Of a stretch of DNA of 48,790 nt, positions 12,241 to 25,092 are shown one piece after another (within the stretch, counting starts at the first letter, position 1; each line of letters begins with the position of its first letter). Both the position numbers and the translations under genes were made by a program. The notes under the pieces are model-generated. The model saw only the letters and a program-made list of their open reading frames with translations, was not told where the DNA came from and ran no database searches. Source of the DNA: Craspedostauros australis (Eukaryota); contig JALAGF010001016.1 of NCBI GenBank assembly GCA_030167865.1, positions 1-48,790 on the forward strand. Reading direction: 5' to 3'.

Positions 12241-15237
12241 ATGGCATCATCAACGAAGTCATCAAAGTCAGCGTCAATGCCATCATCGTCGTCGTCAATG
12301 CATGCATCGTTGCATTCTTTGTCTTCAGCTTCGATGTCCAGGGGAACGCAACCACAGGCAATGAAGCAGCTCTCGAGCTCACGGGGACGGCCCTCTGTGA
12401 GGTGCTACTTCTTCGCCATCATCCTGGTATTCTGCCTCGCCAACCTCCTCATCTCGACCAAGTTCGCAAGCGTTACGGATCGAGAATTCACACCGATGGA
12501 ACGCTTCGTCGACCACGCGATCGTCCGTGCCAACGCGCACCGCACAGTCCACAAGAAGCCAAGGTTGGCGACGCATCCGGCTGACGATATTCAACGTGTG
12601 CCAAAGCCGTCCGTGCCCTTGCCGAATCCTTCGCAAAGGCTGCAGACGATTCGGAAATCGAAGACGTATACGGAAGCACGCACAAACGCGAAAACCGAGC
12701 CCACGTCCAACACGCAAACGAAAGAGATTCCGACGACAACCGTACCGACGACAACCAAAGCAACCACACAAACAACAACGGCAACAGCAGAAGAAGTAAC
12801 AACACAAGCAACAACGACGACGACAACAACAACATCTGTGTCTCCTTCCTCACAATCAGTACTTTCAATTCCGGCGCAACACAGTGTCGCCGGTTTGAAT
12901 TGCGATCGCTACGGCGGTCCATCGCCAGAGATCGCCAAGGAGATGGTGTACTGGGAGGACATTCCATCGGATAGCCTCTTCATCAGCCCCTTTCGATCCA
13001 AGACGGAAACACAGTACATGACCTTTGACTTGGATTGGGGTGGCTGGAACAACATCCGCATGAGCATGGAGAGCATGTTGGTGCGTATCATTGGATTGCG
13101 TTGAGTTCACTTGAGTTCCGACAACTCCCATGCATCACAAAGGTCATGTGTCGCGAGTAGGATCCGCCGGGCTTCACATTCAAGAGTGCTTTATTGTTTT
13201 TCGCACTGTATGAGGCTTTGCTGCACTCAAACCAGTCTGCATGACAGTGGCTGTGTGCGAACGCAGAAGCGGCCCATCATCCGTCACTGCATTCCTCACA
13301 TTCGTGACTTCAATCATACTTGCGACACCAACATACGTACTGTATACTTGCATTCGAATGCGTTGGTCCGACAGACCCTGGCATTTGCGATGGGACGCAC
13401 CTTGGTGCTGCCGCCGGGCCAAGGTTTTCCTCACCTAGATGATAAGGCGAACAACCAGCGCAAACATTTCTCATTCGATCATTTCTTCCACTTGGACTCC
13501 ATCAGTCAGGAACATGCAGGCATCAAAGTTATCTCAATGAAGCAGTTCCTCAAGACGGTCGCCATGCAAGGAAAGATGCGAAATCGCGTCACTGGTGAGA
13601 TCACTTTCCCACCTGGCAACATCACCAATTGGGATGGCAAATCGTTCAAGGAGATTGAGCACCTGCGCGCATGGTTGCAGGCATCCTCTGATCAGAACAG
13701 CAAATGGAACCCGCGTCTCTGCATGGCAGCATTCCCGAAATCTCCCGATCCGGAAGATGCGCAAAGCCTCCTTGACGATTACAACACAGTGCAAAAGAAC
13801 GGCGGATTCGTTTCGTTCGAGGCATACACTGGCAAACCATTCCCGGTCGATGCACCACCCATCGATCGCATGCAAGAGAATTGGGCGGACCGGGAACAGC
13901 TTTGCATCTACGACAGTGACCTGCAGAAAGCCACTGTGTTTCATTTCCCGCTTCAATTGATTCATCTTAAAGTCGACGAGACTGGGCTGCCACGGCGGTT
14001 GATGGAGGCCGACGAAAGCGACGCAGATGGAGTGTCCGCGGATGATGGAAATGAGGACAGTCATGAGGACAGTCATGAGGACAGTCATGATGACGGACGA
14101 AAGGAGGCAGCCGATGCGAACAGCGCGGATCAGGATGCGGACAGCACAGACGGTGAAAGCAAAGCAGAGAGAGGCAGCAACGAAGATGCGGATGAAAGCA
14201 AAGGGAAGTCAGCGGAAAAGGAAGACGAGGATGAACAACCATCCTCAGCGGAAGAAGCAACCCAAACCGCGGGTGAGAAAAACGACGTCGATGAGGAGGA
14301 CGAAGAAGAAGAGGAAGAGGGACATGACACGCGGTTGCTGGTTCATTTCTATGCCTTCCTCTTCTTCCAGGACTGGCGAGAAGATTTGCTGATGGTACGT
14401 CTTATTACCTTTGAGATCCAGGTGCACAATTCAACTTCTTGGACCCATGATGTTTGAACATGATGTCTGGACACTGATTTTGTATCACTCACAAGCTTGC
14501 GCCCTTCCATTCCTGATTGGTAACATCCCGGGCCCTCTCGAATCTCGATCGTTCATCTCATGTTCCGCATGATACACAACTACTTGCTCGCACAGAAACG
14601 CTTTGTTCGCGATCATGTGCGATACGTGGACGAACTTCAATGTGCGGCAGCTCGGGTAGTTCATGCGGTGCGTGAGAGATCGAAGTCAAACCCTCAAGCG
14701 ATGGATGCGGAGGGACATTTCGACACGTTCCACATCCGGCGTGGAGACTTTGAAGACCATTACGAAGGCACCCAGCAAACCGCGGAGGAAATCATCAACG
14801 TGACCAGGAGCGACATGGTGCCTGGATCTACCGTGTACATTGCAACGGACGAGAGTGACAAATCCTTCTTTGATCCATTCAAGGAAATCTATGACGTCGT
14901 CTTCTTGGATGATTTCATGCATGAACTGGACGGCATGAACACCAATTTCTACGGCATGATCGACCAGCTGATCGCAGCACGAGGTCGCACATTCTTCGGA
15001 TGCTGGTTCAGCACATTCTCGGGCTACATCAACAGGCTGCGGGGATACCACGCTGACAACCTTCAGCTGCCGGGCTACGAGCAGGGTATCGTCAATTCCT
15101 ATTACTACGCGGTCGAAGGTCGTTACGATCGCATGAAGCAATACTTCGCCGTCAAGCAACCTTACTATGCGCGGGAATACCCGACAGGTTGGCGGTTGAT
15201 TGACAAGGGCATTGGACAATTTCAGCCAGTGGCATAA
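12241..15237 (+). CDS. O-fucosyltransferase-like protein, tandem paralog 2 (3 exons), with Thr-rich stem and acidic insertion
   Basis: Exons 12241-13080, 13375-14394, 14596-15237. Same motifs and same two intron positions as paralog 1. TM CYFFAIILVFCLANLLI. Confidence 0.85.
14051..14090 (+). repeat. 12-bp tandem repeat (ATGAGGACAGTC)x3 encoding EDSH repeats
   Basis: Read directly from the sequence; lies inside the acidic insertion of paralog 2. Confidence 0.9.
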
Positions 15238-15559
15238 TCAACGAACGTGGAAAAACGCGATACCCACATCATTCGCGCCATACCCATGACGACGAGTGTT
15301 GTACTGCCAAAAACACGCCGAAATCAAAAGGATGAGCACACTCCTACATTTTAACACGAGTATGAGTGCTCGAACACACATGCATGTACATCTCACTCCC
15401 CGTGGATCGACGTATGAATGAAGGAATGAAGGCATGACAAGTCACGGAACATGATGGAAATGATCCGGATCCAAGGACGAGGAGTCGCGCTCGTGTGCGG
15501 GTTCGAGGACAAACGCGAAACAATGAGCAAGGAATGCCACAACGAGGACGGTGCGAGTT

Positions 15560-16050
15560 GACAGCATGCGACAAGGGCCATGTGGATTGTGTGAAATACT
15601 TGGTGGAATCGTTCGATGTTGACATCGACATGCGATACCCCTTCGGCGACACCCTCCTTCATGTGGCAAGTCCAAGGGTCCATCTGGACTGCGTCAAGTA
15701 TCTTGCGGGCGCCTTGAACGCTGGCACCGACGCTCGGGAGACACTTGGATGGACTCTCTCTCTTGATCAAACGGACATGCGGCGGTGGTCATCTGGAGTG
15801 CATCGGCATTCAAGATCGTAAAGGCAGAACCCTGTTTCATCTTGCGCGCATGAATGGTTATGTGGACTGCGTCAAGAATTGCGTCGACTTGTGCGACGCT
15901 ACCATCGATGCTCAAGATGGCGATGGTGATACCACATTGCAGCATGCGTGTATGAGGACCCAGATGCGATGCGCCTCGTTCTCGGCACGCATAATCATAC
16001 AGCGCCGATATCCATGGTCGGAGGAACAATGGTGTCAGTGCCATGCTTCA
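15560..16050 (+). pseudogene. Degenerate, frameshifted ankyrin-repeat gene fragment
   Basis: Ankyrin-like units ACDKGHVDCVKYLVE..GDTLLHVA..HLDCVKYL lie in one frame (ORF 15495-15821). GGHLECI..KGRTLFHLARMNGYVDCVK..DAQDGDGDTTLQHAC lie in another (ORF 15745-16107). The TPLH motifs are eroded and there is no clean start. Boundaries are approximate. Confidence 0.65.
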
Positions 16051-16892
16051 TATGCATGCAGGAAGGACTCACATCGGATGCGCTTCGTGCTTGGTCAGCA
16101 GAAGTAGAATAGTCCCATACCAGCATAGTAGTGCTTTGAACATGCCTTTGTCTGTTCACTGGAAGATTTCTGCTGAAAGATTTCTTGCTTCCTTGTTGTA
16201 GATAGAGTGCAAGAACAGCAAAACGTGTTTTTGAAATAAGGGCCTTAGTAAGTCCAATTGACTTCCAATTGGAATCCGCGATGTATAGTAGAATGGTCTA
16301 ATCTAGAGAGGAAACCGTTTCTGTTTAGTTGTTGTTTTCGACAGGTTTTGCATCAATCAACCATGTATTGGTATGGTAAGACCATGCACAACAGTGGTGT
16401 CCCGTCTATGTTCGAGGTGGATGAGCACTACTAACTCTTGGAACATGCAGTGAGCACCATCGAAACATGTTTTCGACATCTTCGTTTGATTTTGAGACGA
16501 ACGTAAATTGAAGCCGAGATCGTGTTGTTGCGCCGACGTCTGCGTGCACACGTGTGTCGTCAGTGTCAAGGTGGAATCGAGAAATTCTTGATGTGACGAA
16601 CGCATTTTTGAGATCCATCCTCGCACCAATGGATTCGTGGCAGGTTGGTGCGTACGAGTTCGGCAATGAAGGCAACGCACACAAACACAAAGAGTGGAAG
16701 AGTGCAAGTGCAAGGAGCATCAGTATAGTACGTTGGCACAAAGTGGAACGCCCAAAGAGGAAACAGACGCAAGCGAGAATCGGCCTGCCACTTTCCGAAC
16801 ACAAACGGATCCTCTGCTGCAACAAAGCAGAGCAGAACAGAACTGAAGCAATCCACAGTTATCACAGAGCGCAAAAAAGACAGTCGACGATC

Positions 16893-19800
16893 ATGAGATT
16901 GGGAGCGGCAGTAGCGTTGCTGCTCTCGGCGGCTGCTGTTCCGTCAGCGGGCGCGTTCGTGCTGCCCAACCATCGGCAATTCGACACGCGAGGGCTTGGC
17001 AATGGTGGGGCCGTTAGCAGGACATCGAAAACGGCCACGCAGCTTCACAGCTCCAGCCCACCGGACAACCCCAACCTCTTCGCGGAGCTGCGGGCAGAGG
17101 CCAAGTCTCGCAATCTGCTGCGCAAGGCCGAGAAGGATCTCATTGCGGAGCAGCAGATTCAGGACCAGCACCGGCAGTCCAATCCCCAGGATCATGACGA
17201 TGAAGGCCATCAGCAGCACAACCACCTGCTCCTGCTGGAGGATCATTCGCGCAAGCCCACCTTCGTGCCTTCCACCTACTTGCTGGAGGCCAACGCGAGG
17301 ATGCACAACTATCTCGAGGATCTCAGCGAAACGAGCCTGCCGATGAACAACAGAGACCAGCAGAACGCTGGCTCCTACAGGTTCATGGGTTCGCAGAGCC
17401 CGCACATTGCGCGAGGTGGACGCACGGGTCCCTTGCAAAATGGCGGTCCAGGATTCCAATCCTACGCCGACTCCCTCGCGCACCACTACGTTTCGACCTC
17501 GGAATCGCATGGTGACATCTCCGTTGATGAAACGCATGGGTCTGAGACGGCCGATACAACAGCAGACGCGAAATCGACGGCGGAAGGAGCATCGAAGACG
17601 AAGACCACGCGCTACATCCTCGAGCTGCCATTCTCGGACTTGCCCGAGGGGGCGGTGACGACCAGCGGTGGCCCACCGCTGAGAGAAGACCGAGTGGAGG
17701 AACCAAAGGTCTACCGGTACATGGGGCCGTCAGCGAGGTCTCAGTACACGCACAGCGAACTCCGGGAGAAGTGGGCATCCAGCGACCGAGGTCCTGGTCT
17801 CACCACGTACCTGGACTCCTTGGCTTCGGCAGACAGCCAGGAGGCTCGCCAGGAGGCGGCCAAGGAGATGGAGATTCCGGAAACTGTGGATCTATCCTTC
17901 GATGCCACAGAACCAGTCGAAACCTCCGCTTCGTTCGGTATTCCCTCCTTCGAAGCTGAACGAGCCGCGGCCAAGTCTCTGGCAGTGGCAGGAACCGCGG
18001 GCATGGAGCAAGAGGCCGATCCAACGGCGCAATGGCCGGACCTCGTCGCAACTGCAACGGCGACGCGCACGAATACGTTGGAACGTTCACGCCCGACAAT
18101 CCAGCCCGCCCAGCCAACGCATCATCAGCAGGTTCCACAACAGTCGGGCTCTTGGCAACCCAGTGCGATTAGTACTCCTCCACCACCCAAGAGCAACTAC
18201 CTATATGGCGGCCAAAGCACTGGTGGCAACAGCAACAGCGCACACGTGACAGCAGCCGGCGGTCAAATCAAATTCATTCCTGCTTCGAGTGCGAAGACAA
18301 GCACAAATTCAGGCTCTGGCAATGCCAAAACCAATGAGAGCGAAAGTGCCAGAGAGACGCAAGCAGCGCTCGAAGAAGTGGCCAGCAACTTTGGCATTCC
18401 GGAAGTTATTGAACAGGAAGAGCAGCAGCCAGAAGAAGTGTTGCCAACGTCAGAACCAGCACCAGCACCAGCGACGGAAACTTCTGTATCCATGGAAGCC
18501 GAAGGGCCAAAAGATGGTGCCAACGCCTCCGGCAGCAAGAGCCAAGATTTGGGCACTACCAAGGATGGTGCAATTAATGCGAATGGAACAGCAGGTTCCA
18601 GCGGCGTTGGTGACAAAGGCAACGACGATGGCAGTGGTGGAAATGATGAGGAAAATCATTGCAGCCCATTTGATGAACAAAACATGCAAACAGCGATTGA
18701 ACTTGCGATCGAGAGGTATGTGGATGCACCATCCTAACTGTCCTGTATGCGTGTGTGCCGATGTGGTTACTCTGCGTGTATTGTGGTATCTACCATGCGC
18801 CATCTCCGTGCGATACACACTTGCATGCGTTCGTGTAAGCATGCATACGATGCGTGAGCACGAGCACGTGGCTCTACCCTCTCGTGGTTGTCATGAACTC
18901 GACTTACTCACGACGTTCTCGTATGCTTGAACCATTTCTCTCGTGATTCATCGTGATTGCTCGCATCGTGATCCAACCGCAATTGCAATGGCATTGTGTT
19001 TCCAAAATACTTCAGCGGCGACGAGCGGGCAGCCTTCCCCAAGCCTCGAGCCAGCGCCGTGTTCGTGGCAAACGACGGAACGGTCCTCGGCAAGGGAGTC
19101 ACGAACTACGAGATGGATTGCGTGCAGGCAGCCTTGTTGGATGCTGGAGTTGAGGTCGCCCCCCTCACCGAGTGGAACTTGAATTGGCGAGGGGCCTCCG
19201 CAGTGCGGGGACAACTTCCTTCGGCTACATTGTACACAACCGTCGAACCATCCTTGGACGGGAAAGGTGACATGATGCCACCCATCACGGAACTCATCAA
19301 AGAGAGCGGTGTCGGTCGCGTTGTCATTGGTTGCAGGGATCCCATCCCGGAGGCAGCCACGAAAGGAGCGACACATCTTCACGCCTCCGGCATCGATGTT
19401 GCGATGGGCGAATGTTTCGAGGCCGAATGCGCCGACATGATCGGATGGTACGCTGACACAGTCACATCCGAATTCCAAACTGTGTCACGCAAGCACTTTC
19501 GCAAGCACAAGCGCCCCCTCGGCGTCCTGCATTGCAGCGTCGTGGATAGCAGCAACGTAGAGGCCTTTGCACGCAACGGCAATGCCTTCGGCCGATCCTT
19601 TGGCGGCAAGGAGCTCAGCTACCGCAACCTGGGCGCCTATGAAATCGCCCCACCGCCGGAACAGATCTGGGCGGACGACGTCGACGGCATCGGCGATCTG
19701 ATGGACGGCATGATCCAGTCCGAACTGATGTTGCCGAAGGGACCGGTCATGCCATGGTACGAACAGGTGGACGCCTGCATCGCCACCTTTCCAAAAGCAG

Positions 19801-20872
19801 GCAATGGTCCTGTGGATGACAATTCCCTCCAAGCACGTCTTAATGGGTTGTCCTGGCTGGCAACATTCGGACAGGATCTTCCCCCAGGCGTGGAGCGAAT
19901 CCTCGTCATGGATGCCACCGATTTGGCGGAGCTCCCATTGACCAACAACGATCCAAATCTGCGAGATGGCGTCGATGTGGAAACCTTTTGGAAGGGCGAA
20001 GGACGCAAGCCAACACGAGTGTTGCTGCGACGAGGCAAGAGCGCGAAGGCCCAAGCAGCGGCGAATGCTGCAGCAATGTATGTGCTTCCGACTGCAGTTG
20101 TATTTGCAGTTGCATTTGGTAATTGATGATTGATGCTTGGCGGCCTGTTCGAATGGGTGATGGTGTTGTTATGTTTTTGTGCATGTGCATGTGTTTTTTG
20201 TACCCCATTTCCATCCGTCCATCTCACACTTCAACTCTCTAACTCTACATCGTCCACAGTGCCGCGGAGAATGCCGCCATCGCAGCGCGGGAAGCCCGTG
20301 AGGCGATTGAGACCGGCGATGCGGAACGAGCCGCACAAGCTGCGATGGATTGTGCCAAGGCAGCTGCCGAAGCCGCGGAGATCACCCAGAAGCAGCTCAT
20401 GGAGACACAAGGCTTGAAGCGAAGGCTGCAGAGTTTTGGCGTCATCGTGGAGACGCTGGATGGATCCAAACCCATCGATGTCATGGAGCACATTGGCAAG
20501 CACAACGAACACCGCAATGTCGTATGGAGAGCCGGGTGTTGGGCCAATCGCGGCGTCAGTGCCGTGCTGACAGGCGCATTCCAATGGGCGTCCGCCCATC
20601 TGGCCGTCGATGCCAAGGGCGGTCGCTTCTGGCAGCTCATGCTCGCCGAACGTGCGGTGCAGGCGGCCTGCGGTCCGGAATCGAAGGTCAAGGTGTTTTC
20701 CTCCGATGACGACCTCTCGTTGGAGTACTGCGATACAGTGGAGACGGATTCCGATTGTGCCTTGACGGTGGACGGTCGATCCATCCGTCACGTGCGGTTG
20801 GATTGCCGTGTGAGTTTGGTTGGCGACTCGAAACCGCTCATCCTCACCTCGAAACGAAAACAAAAACGCTAA
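16893..20872 (+). CDS. Plastid-targeted protein with long disordered N-region and divergent RibD/PyrR-like deaminase and reductase-like domains (3 exons, about 1165 aa)
   Basis: Signal peptide plus AF motif MRLGAAVALLLSAAAVPSAGAFVLP. Introns 18716-19015 and 20078-20259 (both GTATGT..CAG) join ORFs 16554, 18996 and 20345 in frame. DEQNMQTAIELA and TLYTTVEPS..MPPITELIKESGVGRVVIGCRDP match the RibD deaminase fold. Confidence 0.7.
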
Positions 20873-21460
20873 GATGATCATGTGCCATGTGCCATGAACT
20901 GGAGCATGGTTGAGAAGGCAATGAAGGTAATAAACAAGCAGAAATGACAGAATGCAGAGAAGCAGCTCAACGTAACTCAACTTAACTTAACGAAGAACAA
21001 GAAAATAGAGGAATCTTCATCACAACAACCCTTACTTTGTGCCAGGACGACAAGTTTGGCATCATGTCGATGCACAACGCATGTCAACACACAAAGAGCA
21101 GTGCACTTGATTGATTCATGCATAGACAATGTCGAGGAAGAAGAAAAAGAGACAGTTACTTTCAAGTGCGCTACCACACAGCATTACCATACGTCAATCC
21201 ACATGCTTGCGGTATTGTGCTGATGCGCATTCATTTTGCGAGACTGGTCGGACATGGATGTTGCGATTCGACTGCCAATTCATTCCGTTGCACCCACAGG
21301 ATTTCATCATTCTACCCGTACCATACCATACGGTCCCGTACAGTATAGAGTAGTACTGTTGATCATTGATCATCGCGCCAGTTGGACCGACGCAGCAATA
21401 CACTCGCCCATCGACCTCCTACAGTCGCAGATGTTTCATTCACATGGATTCTGCACCACT

Positions 21461-22548
21461 CTACTTGCCCTGCGCCGTGAGCCATTCCACCACCTGATCA
21501 ATGTTGGTGCATTTGAGGGCGCTGATGGGCAGGACCATCCATGGCGTCTCCATGACGTAGTTGAGTTGCAGTTTGTCAATAAGCTCGGCCTCTCCGACGT
21601 GCGGTTGGATGTCGATCTTGTTGGCCAGCACGAGCATTGGAGTCGTGCCGATGGATCCATCATCCAGCAGCTTGTGCAGTTCCTTCTTGGCCAGCGTCAG
21701 TTTCTGCGGTGCGGCGGCGTCCACAACAAACAGCACAACGTCGCAACCTTTCGTGTATCGACTCCATTCGCTTCGGTACTGCTCCTGCCCGCCTATATCC
21801 CAGCATTTCATGTTCACATTTCCTTTCTTGAAGACCTTGACGTTGAGTCCGATGGTTGGAACAGTCTCGACAGCTTCCCCATGAGCCAGCACTGAGAGTA
21901 ACGTCGTCTTTCCACTGTTTAGATTGTGATTGCATTTGTGGTGGTGTTGACATTAATGTGATGCAACAGTATGTATGGTACGCATTTTAGTTCGAAGGAG
22001 CATGGATTTGAATTCGAGTATTCCATAGCATAGTCGTGCCGAGATGTTCGTTGTTGTCATTGAGTCGATTCGGATTGAATCCAATCCGGTGGAATTGGAT
22101 GAAACCAGCGTTGAATTTGAAGTGAAGGCGTGTGTGTCGTTTGTCATCACATCACATCGTATCGTGTCGTATCGCATACGGTTGCGAATATTCGGAGAGT
22201 ATCCATTTCCACAGCCACGTTGTTTGCAAAGTATGGTGGTTCGACGATAGCGACGATGATGGCAGTTGCATGGGTACCAAAGAGAAGCATGATTGAACGA
22301 AAGTCGCAGCAGCGTGTTAGTCGTGGAGTACATCATCGTTGCTTGTTCTGATTGCGACGGTACCCCTGCATCCCCCGTATCGCCATGTCAATGATAATCA
22401 TGATGCCAAAGCACAGAAACAAGAGAAGGAAGATGGCATGGCCATGATAATGGCCAAAGAAGACGCACCTATTTTCAAGACCAATGACGACCATGTCCAG
22501 CTTCTTGGTCCAGAATATCTCCAGCAATCTCGTGAGTACGGCGCCCAT
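21461..22548 (-). CDS. ARL8: ARF-family small GTPase, ARL8-like (2 exons)
   Basis: Exons 22548-22469 and 21914-21461. Splicing gives the P-loop GLENSGKTT. Also VPTIG, KGNVNMKCWDIGGQ and NKID. The N-terminal amphipathic helix LLEIFWTKK is ARL8-like. Confidence 0.85.
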
Positions 22549-23984
22549 TGTGAATGATTTGAGTGATTCGAGTGTTACGGTATAGTCGGATGTATAATGG
22601 TAGGCTAATCGAAGCAGAGCTTAGAGCTGTCTTCGTTTGAAGTGGGTCGGCGATGAGATTCAAAGCGTTCTGATTGAAATGTTCTTGCAGATGATGTTTG
22701 CAAGCAAAGCGAAGTCAGACAGAGCAATGGTGTGGGCCTGGAATAAACTGGGAGGGGAGTGTCAATGGCAATGTCGATGTTGGCGTTGATGTCAATGAAG
22801 AGTTGCGTGGATGATTTCGATGCCTTGAGTGACGGAAGTTCTGACCGTGGCAAGTTGTTGATGGTGGAGATCCAGGTCTTGCATGGAAGTGAATGCAGTC
22901 GCTGGTTCTTGAGGCTGTTGCGCTTGCGAAGTGCTGTCCGTTACAGTTCCTCGCCTTGCTCTTGGAACAACGATGAGGTCGTTCGTTGTTGTCGTCCACG
23001 CTCGCATGGTGCTGGACAAACTCGCGCACGGAATCAAACGGCCAGAAAACTAAAAACAAGCATGTCTCGGATTTCGCAAATTCGTTTTAACGTCTTAGTT
23101 AACGCCATCGTCACACAGGCGGGTCAGTCAACATAACATTCATTCAGAACTGAATATAAAAGGATTAATTTCGGATTGAAGCCTTCCAATTGGTCCGTAG
23201 GTGTCGTATGGGACGTTCATCGGACAATGCGAAGAAGCTAAAATATAAATGTAGACTCTGACAATCCGTCCAGCAAACAGGGTCGACCCTCTCGTACTAG
23301 TACCTTCTCGTGCGCCGTTCAAAGACATCCAAACTGCTCAAAGCAGAGCATCATTATACAATGTTGGGAACAGCACACTAGCCATACAAGAGCAACCATG
23401 AGAGTGCAATATGTTGGACCCGATCAAAGTGTGCATGTTACTGTTATTGTATGTACGAGTACTTGACGCGATGTGAAAGGGACCAGGATTCCAATCCAAT
23501 CAAACTTTATGGATCTACAACATCCCTGTGTGAGACGTCATCAGTGTGTTGTTTGGGAGTGGAACGAAATGTACATTGTGTTTCTGCCTGTGGATAGATA
23601 GCAGGGTTGTGATATCGTATGGTGTGGAGAATGGTTTCTGTCCACGGGCGTCTGTTTCTTTGGTTTCGTTTGTGGTGTGCTACCTTGTCGATAGTGTGGT
23701 AGCGAATGTTGTTTGTTGATGAAGGGTTGGTGTTCTCCGTATGCCACGAGCGTCGGGGATTACACCTCCATTCATTGAGTGGTGGTTGGTTGATTTGAGA
23801 ATTGCAGGATTGTCTGTCCAATGATGTCGTGCTTTCGCACGGTATGACGAAGTGGCGTGTAGTGCGCGCACACATGGAGAGTTGTTTCCATTTGTACGCT
23901 GACACCATTCTCGATCTCATTGGTCTTCGTTGCGTTGTGAGATGATCGCATCACAACGACGATAGAGAGATGGGACTGCTGCAA

Positions 23985-25092
23985 TTATGGGTGCCAGACT
24001 GGGAGGGCTCCTGGGATGGCCTCGTTGGAAACCCATGCGGCGATGGTCATCCTGTGAAAAATAAGTATGTGCATTGCATTGCATAGTATTGTCGATGTTG
24101 ATTGAGTTATTGGAACGATGTGACAGATTTGCGATGGTGAAGAAGGATGCAGGTGAGAAACACGGATTGCCAATGGGGTTGTGCAGGCTGGAAGAGGCAT
24201 TGGAGAGGTTGTCGGAGTGCGTGTGTTGCGCGGAGTATGATACTCGTGATGTGCTCATTCGCTCATCCGTCGCGCGCCTCTGCACTCAGTCGACTGCCTC
24301 CCACACGCACACATGCGTCCACACGCAGTTGTGCATCCTCCTAGTGCACTACTCCATCTCAATGCAATGAATCCAATTGCGATGTATTCCAACTCCAATG
24401 CAATGCAATTCATTCATCTTCACAGCGTCGGCTCCCTCGCATGGCCGTGCCCCCACAACAACTTACATAGCAACACGTCCGTTCTTGATCTCCTTCATGC
24501 GGAGGCTCTCGAAGTCCTTTCCGGCGATGCCACCCTCCTTCTTGGTGAAACCGAGCGGATCGTATCCGTAATCTCCTGGGATCTCGCGTCCCTCGGCCCA
24601 CTGGCGGTTGTAGGCGATGGACTCGAACCATCCGGCGGCGATGAAGATCTGCAGCCATCCGGCGGCTGGGACCATGCCGATGGCGTCGAGAGGAGCGGCG
24701 TGCGCGATGTCCGAGAATGTGACACCGGTGGTGGAGGAGAGGTACCAGGAATCGACGGACTCTGGGTTGAAGCAATTGCTGCCGGATGGTCCGAAGTAGA
24801 GCGGGAAGTGGACTCCGAGCTTCTGCACGAGGAAACCGATGGTGGCGACCATGGCGACGCGTCCGTGCTTGATCTCGGCGTTCTGGAACCACTTGACGGC
24901 TCCTGGTCCCTTACCCTCGAGGATCATGCGGCCGAGCGGTGGGCACTTGCGCCCGGTCTCGACGGAGACGCCGAAGGCCTCATCGATGGGGGAGGCGGCG
25001 AGGGCGGAGCTTCCGGCCTTGTTCATTTGGGAGGCCGGGGCGAACGCCGAGGCGGACGCGACGAGGAGGGAGAGAACGGCGGCGGTCTTCAT
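23985..25092 (-). CDS. Light-harvesting complex (fucoxanthin-chlorophyll a/c-binding family) protein, 2 exons
   Basis: Bipartite signal MKTAAVLSLLVASASAFAP. Chlorophyll-binding helices AEIKHGRVAM and KEIKNGRVAM; PGDYGYDPLG. Intron 24466-24052 (GTAAGT..CAG) gives the C-terminus MMTIAAWVSNEAIPGALPVWHP*. Subfamily not assigned. Confidence 0.95.

Noticed and set aside
22550-23980. Short ORFs between ARL8 and LHC
   Set aside because: No motifs or coding bias; consistent with UTR or intergenic DNA.
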